Position numbers and translations under genes: made by a program. From Amoebidium appalachense (Eukaryota > Protista > Ichthyosporea), in the NCBI GenBank assembly GCA_963693365.1, contig CAVNZM010000002.1:3736259-3800258 (forward strand): a stretch of 64,000 nt of DNA. Reading direction: 5' to 3'. The notes below the pieces were generated by a model that was given only the letters and a program-made list of their open reading frames with translations, made no database searches and had not been told where the DNA came from. Below, in pieces: positions 54,625-64,000 of the stretch (its first letter is position 1; each line of letters begins with the position of its first letter).

Positions 54625-54924
54625 ACCCCACACCCCCACCCTCTTCCCCAAACTAACGACGACGACGACAACAATAACAACAACAAATTTTTCGACAAGA
54701 AAAGAAAAAGTGGGGGAAAAAAATAGAAGAAAAGGAAAGAAAAGAAAAGAAGGAAGGGAATGGCAACCAAAAAGATGAATGTGCCTGTGGTGGAAAAGAA
54801 ACCTCAGTCCCTGCAAATTTAAAAACGAAACGACAGAATACGTATACTAAAAAGAGGAAAAAAGTAATGCAGCCCAGACAGACTTATAAATGACGTTGAT
54901 GATGAAATTACCAAGACACACAAA

Positions 54925-64000
<9,076 letters not shown>

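Overview
This is eukaryotic, intron-rich genomic DNA, and most entries in the ORF track are artefacts of (CA)n/(GT)n, (GA)n and poly-C/poly-G tracts. Gene content (BICD-related adaptor, EGF/SEA-like mucin, GH18 chitinase) suggests a unicellular holozoan such as an ichthyosporean; that is inference only. Splicing exons by hand at GT-AG sites with phase checks gives six genes: (1) the 3' part of a + strand gene whose spliced product resembles a bacterial PEP-CTERM-associated domain; (2) a 10-exon coiled-coil protein with a BICDL/BICDR-type C-terminus; (3) a ~25-exon GH2 LacZ-type beta-galactosidase; (4) an intronless CBM21 protein; (5) a 6-exon secreted GH18 chitinase; (6) the 3' part of an EGF + mucin + SEA-like protein. 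There is also a decayed 5'-truncated LINE, a frameshifted SGNH/PC-esterase-like pseudogene, TTAA-flanked MITEs and a two-copy intronic repeat. The most notable signals are the intron-containing bacterial-type domain, splice sites built directly into microsatellites or homopolymers, and the BICDR-like gene. All family assignments come from recalled motifs, not database searches.
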